Below are positions 13,601 through 26,500 of a DNA stretch of 64,000 bases, one piece after another; the first letter of the stretch is position 1, and every line of letters starts with the position of its first letter. Origin of the DNA: Takakia lepidozioides. Lineage: Eukaryota > Plantae > Bryophyta. The notes beneath the pieces are model-generated. The model was not told the origin of the DNA. It saw nothing but the letters and a program-made list of their open reading frames with translations, and searched no databases. The stretch lies in the NCBI GenBank assembly GCA_030704615.1, contig CM060733.1, forward strand, positions 7,998,001 to 8,062,000, read 5' to 3'. A program made the position numbers and the translations under genes.

Positions 13601-16600
13601 AAAATTCCCCTGAACTTGTTTGCAGTTTGTGACATGGGCAAGGACATTAAAGATGATCTCAAGGGCCTACCTACCATTGGCACGAAATTTAACCTTAGGC
13701 GGGGAGCCTACCTCTGAGCAATAAACAGATGCAGAGAGGAAAAGGAGATTGTAATTGCCCGATGTGCGGGCAGCCTGAAGACAACATCCATTTTCTGATA
13801 CACTGTCTGGGATATGCCCACCAGAGAAGTGATCCTCTTCAGGAACATAAGAACATTGTTCCTCCACCTCTGTTCACCAACTTCAAATATTCTCGAGCCT
13901 AAAGCCATGGCCCTGTTGGGGTTTATTTGCTGGGCAGCTCACACCCAGCAGATTGATGCTTGTCTTCTAGAGGATACCTGGGAAGCCCAAACTAATTGTC
14001 TATACCAAGGTACGCCCCAATACCAGAGTGGGCCCCTCACAAAGGAAGAGTCTGTTCCTTTTTGTTCAGCCCAAACTAGGCACGGGGGTCTATGGCCACA
14101 AGGCTATGGCAAACAAAGTCTTACGTGTCTCTCTCTTCGCTCCACCCTCTTTTCTCTCACATCCCTGCATCCAATGTACAAGCTTCCTAGCCAGAATTCT
14201 TCTGTTAATCAGAACACATCACCGTAAATTCTGAGGCCCCCATCATTTTCCTGTACCCTCATAATTCTTTACAATCTAACCATCCTGGTGCACCGTACTA
14301 CCCAGCTGCAACGGTATGCTGTATTTGACATTGCTCCAAGCTCTTATCCCTAATTTTACCAAAGTTGCATGCTATAGCGAGCATGTTTACATCCTCTTTG
14401 GGGAAAAAGTCACTCTGCAAAATGAGAGTTTAGAACCAGAAAGAACTTGATGCTGTTTCGGGGAGAAATGAAGAAAGAGAGATCGAGAAAGGGAGAGGGA
14501 GAGAAAGCTCACCTAGAAAACTAGAGACTCCTGTCCAAAATAGTGCCATCCCTACTTTGCAATACACCATCAACACCATCGTCACTGCACCCATCCACAC
14601 AGAGCACAATACTTCAGTCAGCCAACAGTCATTTTCTTTCTGTTCTGGCTAGAAAAGTGCAAGCTGCAGATCCTCGTGGACAAGACAGCCAGCAACTTCC
14701 CAGCAAACCCTTTTCCAGTCACCTTTCACTCTACAAGTACATCAAGGTTCTGTCATAGCTACTGTTTCCCAGGGAATGGTTAATGGATACTTGATCTTTA
14801 ACTCTCTTTCTACCAAGCAGGCTACGGCAAACAACGTCTTATGAGTACATTCTCTTTCTCCCAAGCATACCCTCATGGCTGAAACCCTATGGGCCACTCT
14901 GGAAGTCAGTTCACACCAGGACTATGCCCTGAAGAGAACATCATAGCCTGACTTGCAGCCATTGTGTACATCCCTCCCTCTATTTTCCTCTCAGTATGTG
15001 TTCTGTACTGTTTTGTCCAACCCTGCGAGGAGTCAAATTCCTTGATGAACTTGGAGCCAACAGCTTGTCAGAGAACATCTGAGTAAAGCTGCAAGCAGCT
15101 TTAGTCATGTTCCAACCATCGACCGAGCACAGTAGGATGACCTGTTAAAAGAACATGGAAGGCAACATCCATCACGACATCTTTCAGATTAAGATAAACA
15201 ACCTCTGCTCATCCTCTTGATAGTAATCACCCAAAAAGTAACTGGGACTCAGAAAATTCACGTTTTTCATTTTAAAATGGATGACTCGAAGACAGGGGCA
15301 GGTGCATACATATATTTCCAAGCAAAACAAGTGCCCGGTACCGAAAACTGTGCTGCTGAAGGCCCCAGTCGTCACAAGCCTTTTTCAGTGTATCCCATAC
15401 AGAGATCAGTGACACCACACCCAGCAGTGCCATTGGCATTTTGTACCTGCAGTCTCAGAACCCCATTTCACCATTAGCACAAACACTTCATCCTGGACCA
15501 ACAGATTACGAGTATTTTTCTCTTTCAAATCGACGTCTACAAAATTTGTCAATTGCTTCTGTTTGATGGTAAAAGAAATTGAGGGACTTTTCTCAAACAT
15601 GAACACGCCCTATTACTGTTTCAAAAAATGATGGTCTAATCCCACAAATTTTCCATCCAATTTCAAATTATTCCACAGTTCGTATGAAGGAAAATGCTGT
15701 GGCATTAACTTCCGCCACCAGGAAAAACTTCGACCAAGGGAAGTGCAACCCATAACATGCTGTAGACCAGTGGTATTCTCTTTGCAGCCTCTACCCACTC
15801 ACTAATAACAAACCCTGATTGAACAGCTAGTGTAAAGTTCAATCCCGCCAAAGGTAAGTTGGTTAATATGTCCGAGCTATGGCTGGTCTGATGAACGATG
15901 GTGCAAGGCTGCAGGATCTGTGCAATGGTGAAGCAATACAAATTACAGGCACATACATGAGGGAAGCTTAACCACCAATCTGAGAACTTGACCTCAAGTT
16001 TGTGGCTAACATTGTGGAGACCTTATCCCCTGGGCACTTTGTTCAGAGCTAAGTATGTTGCAGTTCTCCGCTCAATCTAGAGAGAAAATAGAGCTCAAAT
16101 TGAGGAGAGACGATAAATTCGCTGGACCTGAGGAGCTCGGAGGGCATGGCAAGTGGCTTTTCAGCAGCTTGTAATATATAGAGGGTGACTAACAATCCAT
16201 AGAACAGACTGCATAGGGTCACCCTAACCGGCGACAAGAATTGCCCTAAAACAAATAACATCTCCTCAACTGACAGGAGATCAGGTTAAATGCCTCGGTA
16301 TTTGAAAACATCCCACCCTAAATCGAAATTGAGTTGAGGACCCTCTCCTTTACAGGAGCTGTAGATTGAGTTGAGAAACACCGACGAGACCCGCAACTGG
16401 TAATACGTTTGATGACAAGGTTTATTCTAGCTGATGCTCAACTCCTTCAGGGTTTGAGCACACCACCCGTCACCCAAAGTATATCCAAGTTACATGGTTT
16501 CTTGTCTGAATTCAGGTTGCATCTTTCCGGAGGTGGAAGATGGGGCGCAGACAGCGAAAGGGACTTACAGGAAGCAAACAAATATGATAAGAACAAGGAT

Positions 16601-16939
16601 CAGATAGTTGCCCATATATCTCTTCACATTCTCCTCCATGCGCAATTTCGTCTGTGTGATGCTTCGTGGCCAGGAATACGTCTCTCGCGGCCCCAGCCCG
16701 CAGTCAAAAAACTCACCGGTCCACGGCACAGGCTTCCGTAATAGGTCCTCCATTGTAAGATTCCCAAATGGATTGATTTTCAGAGCCTTCGAAAACGCGG
16801 CAAACGAGCCCTGCCCTGCCATGATTGCATGATCCAGAGCACATTTGTCCAGGATTTCCAAGTACCCACTGTCTCGCAGCCATTTTTCGAATGTGGCTTG
16901 TGATAGAGATAAGGATAGTGGATTCTCCACGAAGGCCAT
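10664..16939 (-). CDS. PRA1H: PRA1 family protein H (prenylated Rab acceptor), 4 exons
   Basis: Exons 16569-16939 (MAFVENPLSLS...WLRDSGYLE...EENVKRYMGNY), 15310-15446 (YKMPMALLG...), 14513-14584 (TMVLMVYCKVGMALF...) and 10664-10746 (IILHSSTRRITP...stop) join in consistent phases at GT-AG sites. Confidence 0.88.
11170..14130 (+). mobile_element. Stack of three degenerate, 5'-truncated non-LTR retrotransposon (LINE) copies in the last PRA1.H intron
   Basis: Broken RT motifs at about 12540-12860 (FLD..KA.DTVW, GVxQGCTLSPMLFNVFIN, LMFVDDF) and YIYLGVEF. C-terminal CPxC...ED..FL..C..Y zinc-knuckle region at about 11710 and 13750. The same 3' end (tatggccacaaggct.cggcaaacaa.gtctta.g.gt...ctctct) recurs at about 12090, 13570 and 14120, with a further scrap at about 14840. 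Confidence 0.85.
11328..11430 (+). repeat. Tandem duplication, 2 x about 51 bp, within the LINE remnant
   Basis: ctaagttaatcgactctatatcttggaagcagg(a/c)tcgccctgtcaaacagg is repeated directly. Confidence 0.85.
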
Positions 16940-18371
16940 TACCGTCAAAAGCGGCAATTCCTGCCCAAATTCTGTGCAAAATCCTCCCAAATTCAAAGCT
17001 TCGTACTCCGGAGACTCATGGCGAGACAGAGAGACAGAAAAACAGAAAACAGACGAAAACTGGGGAACCCAGAGGTCAGAAAAAAAAAGTTGAGAGACAA
17101 TTCTTTCACCATGCCGAATTCCCTGGAAGTACTCAAAACTTAACTAAGAGGAACACACATCTGGGTAAGAATTTTTCAACACGATCCCAACAAGCTGAGC
17201 GCAACATGCGAATTTAACTCCGAAGTCCGATCTCGACAGCATCGACGATGGAGCAGGCCGGCGACCCAATCCGTCCCTCGGTTAGGGTAACTCCGGTTAA
17301 CTCCCCGGCTTGGTCAACAGCTGGCCCTAATCGTGGTGGAGATGTGGATGGATACTGGCCTGATGGATACAAAGCATCCATGACCAACACGTGGTTAGCT
17401 CCACGCCTAACGAAGTTCTTATCCAAGTTGTTTGTGCAACAAACACTCAAACTTCACTATCAGTTGCCAAACAAACTCAACTGTCTTGCTCTTCATTCTC
17501 TTCATTCTCTCCTCTTGTATTATTAACATTTAGGATTGGAAGTGTCCTAGGCTTGTGTCATGGCTCCTGTTTTTACTTGTTGTGCAAACATTGACAATGT
17601 ATCTCGAATCCGAAGTGATATTGGTGTCTTTGGTACTAGACACATTCCACTCTCTCTTAGCGGACTTTTTCTGTGAATGTTTGAGGCCTGCTTGGTGGGA
17701 GTGATAACTTAAAAAGAGTAGTGTCAAGCTTGTGAAGCTCGATCCCGGTGAATGACTGGTGTGTCATAGGTTTTGCTCAAGAGCGAGATGAGCTATCAAC
17801 TAGAAACTTTGTTGAATTGGGTGATTTATGTTTTGTGTTGGAATTTTGATTAGGAGTATATCAGGCACCTCAAGGCTGCATGATGTTCAGGGCATGATGT
17901 GGACATGGTTCCTATATATATATATATATGATTGGTCGCAAAACATATATATATATCTATCTATCTATTAACTAGACTCTCACAAATTTTGAGGGGTCAA
18001 ATTGTCTTTAGTTGTAGAGAAGCTCACTAGGCAGTAGTGTTTTGCTCTAACAGCAAACAAATTGCAAGAGAAAAATAAAAAAAATAAAACAAACTTGTAC
18101 CTACTTAATTGATTTACCCTATTGGTATGGTTCCAAATTAATGTTCTGAATTGTTTGGGGTGCAGGAAGTATAAACCAAACTTGCATATAACAATGAGTC
18201 AATGCCTTAGGAAGTACTCCACTCTAAGATTACGACATGAGACTAATATACTTGAGGGACTGTAAACTTCATACCAACATATTTTGCTCTCTCATGCAGT
18301 ATTGTTATTAACGCACAATTAGTTTGTAGAGCAAAGTATTGAATTTAGTACATTAAGCCAAATAGGGGATC

Positions 18372-20129
18372 ATGACTTCCCTTGAGCAATTCACTGAACT
18401 AGACCTCTTAAGACAAGTGGAATTGCAAAGAGAGATCCTTCTATCACACTCAAAGCAAGTGGTGGGAGAACAACAAAACAATGAAGGGGCATGCTTGCGA
18501 GATAAGATGTCTGATAGAGAAATAGAGACTTGTGAGGAATCATTCAAAATGATAGTTGACGATCCAAGAGAAGAAAACATGGAACCCAATCAAGCACGCC
18601 GACTTGCATCTCTTGATGTTTTTCGAGGGTTCACAATAATAGTAATGATATTGGTGGATAATGCGGGGGGGATATGGCCAGTGATCAACCATTCACCGTG
18701 GAATGGGGTGACGCTAGCAGATTTGGTTATGCCATTTTTTCTCTTTATTGTTGGGGTAGCCATGGCTTTAACCTACAAAAGAATAACTAACAAGGTTGTA
18801 GCTACTCAATCAGTCATTATGCGTGTTATCAAGCTTTTCGCTTTAGGGGTCATGTTGCAAGGAGGATACTATCATGGTCTAGAAAATTTGAGTTATGGGG
18901 TGGATCTTAAGCAGATTCGATGGTGTGGTATTTTGCAAAGAATAGCATTTGTGTACCTTCTGGTAGCATTATGTGAGATATGGGCACCAAGAGGTATTTC
19001 TAATGGAGCGTATTTGGGTGTTTTCAAAATATACTCTCTTCACTGGGCTATGATAACAACAATCATAGTAGTTTATGTAGCGCTATTGTATGGCATCTAT
19101 GTGCCCGACTGGGAGTTTGCTCCTATTACTCCGTCTCATGTGTCAATTTTGGCACCTAGTAACACTATCAATGTCACTTATGTCAACAATATATTTTCGG
19201 ACTCTATCTCTAATCTCACTAGTGCGAGTGCAGTCTTATTTGCCTCCACATCTAATCTAACCAATGCTAGAGAGATATTTTCTAACACCATCACAAACCT
19301 TACCTACACTGATGTAGAAACTATCTTTCCAACATCTGTCTCTAATCTTGTTCATGTCAATAAAGTATTTTTTGCTTCTATTTCCAATTTAACCCATGTC
19401 AACAATCTTTTATCTGCTTCTTTATCTAATCTCGTCAATGCCAATAATTTGGTGACTCGGTCTTTCTCAAATCTCAATAACAATGTCAATAATATTCTGC
19501 TTCAAGTAAAGTGTGGAACAAGAGGGCAGCTAGGACCGGCTTGCAATGCAGCTGGCTACATAGATCGTTACTTATTGGGAATTAGTCATTTGAAAGTGCA
19601 CGCAGTGTATCAACGTGTTGTTGAGTGTAGTGTAAATTCACCAAACTATGGATCGCTTCCAGTAGGCGCTCCTGCTTGGTGTCAAGCCCCTTTTGATCCC
19701 GAAGGCATTCTTAGTTCTTTATCGGCTATGGGAAGTTGTTTCATAGGATTGCACTTCGGTCATGTTTTGTTGCATCATAAAGGACACATCCCAAGAGTTT
19801 GGCACTGGATTCTACCATCATTTGGACTTTTGGTGGTAGGGATGGCACTCAACTTCCTTGGCATGCCCATGAACAAGCCGCTATACAGTTTTAGCTATTT
19901 GTGCTTCACTGCCGGGTCTGCTGGCGCATTGCTCACAACATTCTATCTTCTTGTGGATGTGTATGGATTGAGACGACCCACGTTGCTATTAGAATGGATG
20001 GGCATGAACTCATTATTCATCTTTGTATTTGTTGCCTCCGGCGTCCTCCCAGCGATTGTTCAAGGCTTCTACTGGAGATCACCTCTTAACAATCTCATCG
20101 TTTTTATCAAAGAACATATATATTTTTGA
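18372..20129 (+). CDS. Heparan-alpha-glucosaminide N-acetyltransferase-like (HGSNAT) multi-pass membrane protein; intronless, with an internal Asn/Ser-rich repeat insert
   Basis: 585-aa ORF with RLASLDVFRG, HSPWNGVTLADLVMPFFLFIVG, GILQRIA, CNAAGYIDR, PFDPEGILS, MNKPLYSFSY and GMNSLFIFV. Confidence 0.93.
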   Translation: MTSLEQFTELDLLRQVELQREILLSHSKQVVGEQQNNEGACLRDKMSDREIETCEESFKMIVDDPREENMEPNQARRLASLDVFRGFTIIVMILVDNAGGIWPVINHSPWNGVTLADLVMPFFLFIVGVAMALTYKRITNKVVATQSVIMRVIKLFALGVMLQGGYYHGLENLSYGVDLKQIRWCGILQRIAFVYLLVALCEIWAPRGISNGAYLGVFKIYSLHWAMITTIIVVYVALLYGIYVPDWEFAPITPSHVSILAPSNTINVTYVNNIFSDSISNLTSASAVLFASTSNLTNAREIFSNTITNLTYTDVETIFPTSVSNLVHVNKVFFASISNLTHVNNLLSASLSNLVNANNLVTRSFSNLNNNVNNILLQVKCGTRGQLGPACNAAGYIDRYLLGISHLKVHAVYQRVVECSVNSPNYGSLPVGAPAWCQAPFDPEGILSSLSAMGSCFIGLHFGHVLLHHKGHIPRVWHWILPSFGLLVVGMALNFLGMPMNKPLYSFSYLCFTAGSAGALLTTFYLLVDVYGLRRPTLLLEWMGMNSLFIFVFVASGVLPAIVQGFYWRSPLNNLIVFIKEHIYF

Positions 20130-21556
20130 TTAGTACAAAAACCACGCATTAGTTTTGCACATCATTTCAATCTATTAATATTTTATCTAATAAAAAAAGG
20201 TCCAATTCCAACATGTATCAATAATTCATTCATGATTTTTTTTAAATATATATTTGAAAGAGAAGTATAATTTTATAATAATTATTTAATTTTATAATGA
20301 ATCTTTAAAATATATTATTATGAAAAACAAATTGTAATTTTTGTCATGTTAGTGTCACCAATGGTCTTAAATTGTATTATCCATGATTTGAGATGAATAT
20401 GTTTATTTTATTTATTGATTTGTAAATGTGTATATATATAGCACATCAAATTTTGTCATTGGTAAAAAAAAAAATTTAAAAAAACTTGTAACATATAAGT
20501 AATTCTCATCCAAAACACTAGGCTCAATATGTTTACGCGTGTGCGAGGATTAGTGAGACGTATTTTTCATGAACTTACGGGAACAAATATATTTGCAGAT
20601 TCTTGTGCCATATAGACACGTTTTGCATTAGGATTGGGCTTGAACAGTTGAAATCGTTAGCATGTCAGACATAAAGTTGTATGCAAATAAATTCAAATTC
20701 CTCATTGTCCAATATAAGTGTGTTTATTAATTTATAAATTTAAATTATGAATGCCAAAATGGGACAAAAACCCGGAAATAGATTGATAGGGGTGGAAAAA
20801 AATAACCACCAACAAGGGCCAAGATGCAAAGATGAGAGAAAGATGAGTAACCAAAGTACCAAAAGATGCAACCACTAGAAGGGAAAAACTAGCAACTATA
20901 ATTTGATGAAAAAAAGAGTTGATGTCTAAACCTATAGTTTCTATTCTTTGAAATTTCACTGAAATCAGCATAGGTATATATTTCTCATTTTCACTACGCC
21001 CCAACAGGTTAGAAACAAGGGCAACACTCATCATCAGGTTTGTCGTCACAAATTGCGCAAAATAAGTTCACAACCTTAATCGTGGATGTCATTGAATGTG
21101 TAAGATTATCAAACACAAATACATATTCAATGGGGCTAGGCTTGCAAATCCCTCCATTGCACACGACACGAGCTACGATGGTATATGTGATTAGAGATCA
21201 TTGTCTAAGTTAGGTGCAAGTATTGATGAAGTTAACCATTAACTGTATCCAAATTGTTCCATAAGCTCTTGAGCTTCCCATGGACATTGAGTTTATCACT
21301 TTCCCTCTCTTTCCCATGTGCGATCGTTGAGGACCAAAAGCAGCTATTGCGAGACTTGTGTCCACAACTCAATGAATATGTGGAACAAACTTGGGGATTA
21401 ATGAACCATTTCACTTTCCAAAAACCAATTCTACAAATGCACCTTTCGTTTTAGTCCCCTTGCCTACCATTTCCGTCCCACCTGCCATATATACAATGGT
21501 GCTCGCGCTTGGGCAAATGCGGCCGGCGGTGAGTAACACTCATTGCATACTTCGCA

Positions 21557-22291
21557 TGTCGCGCACCTCACTTCGGTAAGCTCCCCTTCAAGTCATAGTT
21601 ACTCGCTTTGATGCGCGCGCCTAACTCCCAACCTGGCCACCGGGCCAACTCGGAGCCTCGGCTGCTCACCGAGACATAACGGTCCTCTTTTTTCCCCCCA
21701 GCAGACCCTCCACCAATTTGGCCCTAGTGGAAATTCCCTTTAGTTGATGGCAGTCCGGAATAGCTCCCCACTCCTTGGTCGTTTTCCGGCTCGCTCGCTT
21801 ACTCACTAGTTTTTGGTCACCAACGGGCTTGCACCGTTCTCGGGGCTACTACTCCCTATATATACTTATGTGACTGTCCGCGGGGGTTTCACAAACAACC
21901 ATGTCATTTTATGGCGAACCACCACGAAGACCCTCGATTCCCAGTGATGAGTCGCGGTGAGTTACGGCCCCATTGGACCGTGATGAGTCCCAAGACTCCC
22001 CATGACTCCCACCACAAGGTCTCCGCCCCCCATGGTGAGTCCTATGTCACCCCCACTAAGTCCCACTAAGTCCCACTAAGTCCCACTAAGCTACCGCCAC
22101 CCCTCGTGGAGCCACCCCCACCGCAACCCCGTGTGCGGGGCTCCACCTAGTGAGTGCCTCCGCCTCCTTGAGTGCTTTGGGCACTCAAGGATGCTTCAGC
22201 CCCCGCATCTATTGTTGCCACTGCCCCCACCATATGGACAACCCCTCTTGTGTCCTGACCCCCCCTGCCCTCAAAGCAAAGAGCCGCGACA
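21557..22291 (-). repeat. 3' LTR of the gypsy element (735 bp)
   Basis: Begins tgtcgcgc and ends ccgcgaca. By-eye identity to 31833-33787 is roughly 93-95% once the CACTA insert is removed. Confidence 0.93.
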
Positions 22292-23539
22292 CACACCCCT
22301 ACCAACAGGGAGTCGATGTCCTCATCGACTTGTCCATTTTGCAGAAACGAACATCCAAGTTGTGGCGTCCCACATCAAGGAGTTTGTTCCCGTACCATGG
22401 CATCCCATAGCAAAGAACCAAACCCCCACTTGACTCTGCTCTCCACTAGCTAGTTCGGACGACTTCCTCCAAGTCTCGGCCAAGGGTGGAGCCTCTCAAG
22501 CTCCACCTAGTGCACTCTTCTTGGCCCACTTCAGGGCCAAGGAACGATCCTCCCCGAGGATCAAATCGCCTTACTGTAACAACATTTGCTTGCGACTGCT
22601 CGTGATGCCGCTTTTGGCACCACATTGACACTAGAAGCATTCATGTCTTTTCCGAATCGACTGCATGTCCAAAACCACTGAGGGAATAACTTTGAAATGT
22701 TTGTTACTACTGCACAGTTGTAACGGATAAATTCACATTTCTAATGGCGGATAGAAGTTGCATCAATGACTCCGCAGTCGGCACAATATTCGCGGCGATT
22801 TAATTCAATTACGTAATTTTTTATTTTTTTTAAAAACAGCAATTACAAGTGGTTTTAAGCACTAGAGAACGACTCTTAACAACTAGGCATTCATTGCACA
22901 CCCTATTCAAAAATGGAATTTTTATAAGTGCTCCACATGGCTCATGACGTGGAATATTTTAATGTATTTTAGGGCTTGTGTGGCTCGTAGAGATTGTTCT
23001 AATCGTCGGATGTAAAATGATCTAAGGGTGGAAGAGTAACTTTGTCCTTTGCCTGAATTTGTCTAAGTGTTGGGAGAGGGATGGAGGCTTGAGAGAGAGA
23101 CGAACAAGTGATGCGAGAAGGACGAAGACCAAATCGAGGCTCATGTCCTGTTGTTGCAAGCGTTTATGGCGTCAAGGGCGCATTATGTGCAAATGTGGGC
23201 TCCCCTTTGTACCATGATTTGGTATTCTTCCTGATGATCACAAGGTTCTTGGGGGAATCAGCTTGGTCTTAGTAACCCATATTTTAATCTCTGCCCGCTC
23301 AGCTGCACCGTGGTGGTTCTTACGAACCAATCCCACATTACCTGACTAGAGATACAAACAACACGCACAAGAGGTCTTCTTGGGTTCATGGTCAGTCTAA
23401 TCCGCAATGGGTCATGACACAAGGTAGAGGACAATGTGGTGAGGGCACCTTCTTCTTCGAGCTATTTCAGCCTGTTTTGCCGAGATGTACTGTCGTGAAG
23501 TGCGATGCTTGCAGGGTATGCACAGTAGGGACGTGGGAT

Positions 23540-26500
23540 GGAGGCTTTGGAGACCTATGAAGTTGCGAAGGGAGAGTTTGATAACATGGCTGAACAAGAT
23601 GTTGTCTCAAGGAACACGCTGAATCTCGCAAGATATGGCCAGCATGTGTGCGGGATGAGGGTATTGGAGACATATGAGCAAATGTTGAGAAGAGGTGCAG
23701 CCTGACCGGGTCACGTTCATTTGTGTTTGCAATGTATGTGCAAACCTGGCAGCCCTGGAGACTTGGTAAAGGGCAAAGAGGTCCATCGTGACATTGTCAA
23801 AGCTGGAACTGTACCAGATGTAACAATACCTCGTCGACATGTATGCCAAACGTGGGAGCATTCCCTTGTGGACAAGGAGTGTTTAACAATATGGCTGAGC
23901 GAAATGTGGTGTGGTGGAACGTGATGATCGCAGGACATGCACAACATGGGCGGGGATTGCGGGTTTTGGAGACCTATGAGCAAATGATGTGGGTCTAGGG
24001 GGTGAAGCCCGAGCACATTACGTTTGTTTGTGTTTGTAGTGCATGTGCGAGCCTGTTGGAGAAGGGCAAAGAGGTCCATGGTTGCATCGTCAAAGCTGGA
24101 ATTGTGGTAGATGTCATTCTGAACATGAATACCCTTCTAGATAGGGAGTGTTCAACAATATGGCTGAGCGAAATGTGGTGTCGTGGAAAGTGATGATCGC
24201 AGGACATGCACAACAGGGGCGGGGATTGTAGGTTTTGGAGACCTATGAGCAGTTGATGTGGGAGGGGGTGAAGTCCGACCACATTACGTTCAGAGAGTTC
24301 AAATGCCTCTCCACCATGACCTTGCTTAGCTAACCATGCCTTGCTGATGTTGTTGTCTTGCACTTGAGCTGTTTTTGGACACTGGCTGGAACATCCACAA
24401 GGCGGCTCTGCTCGAGAGAGAAATCAGCTTGAATGCAGGGGCAGATTTTGAGATCACAATCGCCACTCAAAACGTTGTTCTTTGCACCGGCATGGCATGT
24501 CAGCATGCATATCAACCCAAACTCATTACTCCGTGAGCCTTCCACTGCCGGAGTGTGCCCATTCAAGCCAGATCTTCGAAACGCAGGGATGGAACGGGGT
24601 TTTGAAACCAGCATTGCCTAACTGGATACCCAATTCCGCTCCGCATCTTGGTCCATTAATCTGCTGCACATTGTGAAGTTTTCTGCCCGTTCACCGCAAG
24701 TTGAAGAAGGAGTATTCTTAAAACAGGGTACTCATAATCTGAAAATGGCTCCAGCTTATGTTGCTTGAGTGCGAATATGAATGTGGTTGGCTTGGCAGCT
24801 TTACATCTGGTCCATCCCACTCGATATAATGAGCAGGTTCAGCTTGACTTCTCTCACACAAAAGACGCTGCCAAGATGGGGTTTGCTGCCCTAGATGACT
24901 TCCCGTCGTTGTTCTGGGCTGCAACATACAATTAATCTGGCCCATGGCGAGGGGCCTTGTCTTCCACCAATCATCTGTACCAATCACCAGTCCTGTGAAA
25001 CTATTTTTGTGGCAGTTTGTAAGCAGTGGGCAGCGATGGTGGGCTGTTGTAGGATTTGATGAACTCAATGTCGTGTACTGACAACAACCCCTCATCTCTT
25101 ATGCAAGCATTCAACAAGCCAAGTTGACTGCAGAGCATATTCAGCCCCCCACGTTTCTAGTTGCCTAATGTTCTTCATCTCCTGGGCAGAGCATTTTCCA
25201 GGGTCTCCATCTGTGATGACACACTATCTTCTCATGTGGTTCAGCTTCTGGTCTTGCTCTTGTTTGCACCACCCCAATGAAGGGCAGTTCCCACCTGCTT
25301 GATTCTCTCTATATGGTTGTCTTGGGTCTTGGCAGGGTTTCCCACAACCGCCTTTCCTTTTCAGACTGCCAGTCATCAGCCTCGTTCTCCAATGCTTCAC
25401 TTTCTTCCCAAGTGAAGTGCTCTCCTCTTTTATGCTTCAACGTCCCTGCAGGTGTCTTTTCCTTCATCTCCCGTGGTGCTTTCAATGAATGAGCACTGAT
25501 TTACATCTGTTGGCAACACTTACGGTGTCCCTTTCCTTGCATGCCACTGCAGGCCCGCATTGACTTTCTTGGCAAGGAAGTCTCCTCCTTCTCCCTCATT
25601 TTCTGGCTCTGTTGGTGCCCCACTCACCATGCTATCAGGGCTGCACTTATTTTGTGGTGTTGCGCCAGCCAAGGGCGATCTTTCACTGGTCCGATTGTTG
25701 GCAACAGCTAATTGGAGTCTTCTTGGCAGAGTCTCCCACGAGCTCCCATCAATTTCAGGCATCAGGTTTTCTACCCTGCCCTTCCACTTTTCATAAGCGA
25801 GGTGCCTGTCTTCCTCCCTTTCACTCTTCAGCGTCTCAGGCAGATTTTTCTTCATGCGATTGCTGCTCCCATACTTCCAGTCCTTGTTTAATTTTCTCCA
25901 GCCATCACCCTCAGATTTGACAAGGTATTGCTGCCCTTCCTTGTGTCTTTCCTCACTCCCAGCTGCTGGTTTTATCCCAGATTCACCTCTCATCCTTGCC
26001 TGGGGTTTTGCTTGCCAAACAGCCCTTGTGTGGGGAACTTCAACGAAAGGCAACATCTCATTCTCAGCTCCTGTCTTTGTACCTCTTTGCAGCAGTCCAG
26101 CCTCGGGTGCCTCACTTTCTGATTGTTGGGTTGCATTCTTCGCCGCCAACCTTTGACAAGAAAGTGTGCTCCATCTTCCTCATCTCCTACTGGTTCCCTT
26201 GATGCTTCACCTCGTATGTCTTCCTCCTCATGTTTAGCAGCAGCTCCCATGCTTGAATTGCTACTTTTCCTCGTAGTTGATCTTGTGTTTTCCTTTTTCT
26301 CCGTAGCCTAATCAACAGTTTTGTCTTGGCAGCTCCCTTGCCATGAGTGCCTTGTCTCACTGCATCTCCCTTGGCTGCCCACCATCCGTGGAGTCTTTCT
26401 TGCACTATTCTGACCCTCGTTGGCATGCACTTTGCTGCGATGCCCTACATGTATTTGCTGCTCCCTTTAATCATCAACATAGTGCTCCAGAGCCAGTTCC

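Noticed and set aside
21557-22291. Solo LTR interpretation
   Set aside because: Its own flanks (tcgca / cacac) are not a TSD, a PPT-like tract adjoins it, and the flanking RING gene rejoins only with the far LTR at 33787.
25520-26149. 209-aa ORF as a host gene
   Set aside because: No recognisable domain, a non-ATG start in the track, and it lies in an insert within transposon cargo.
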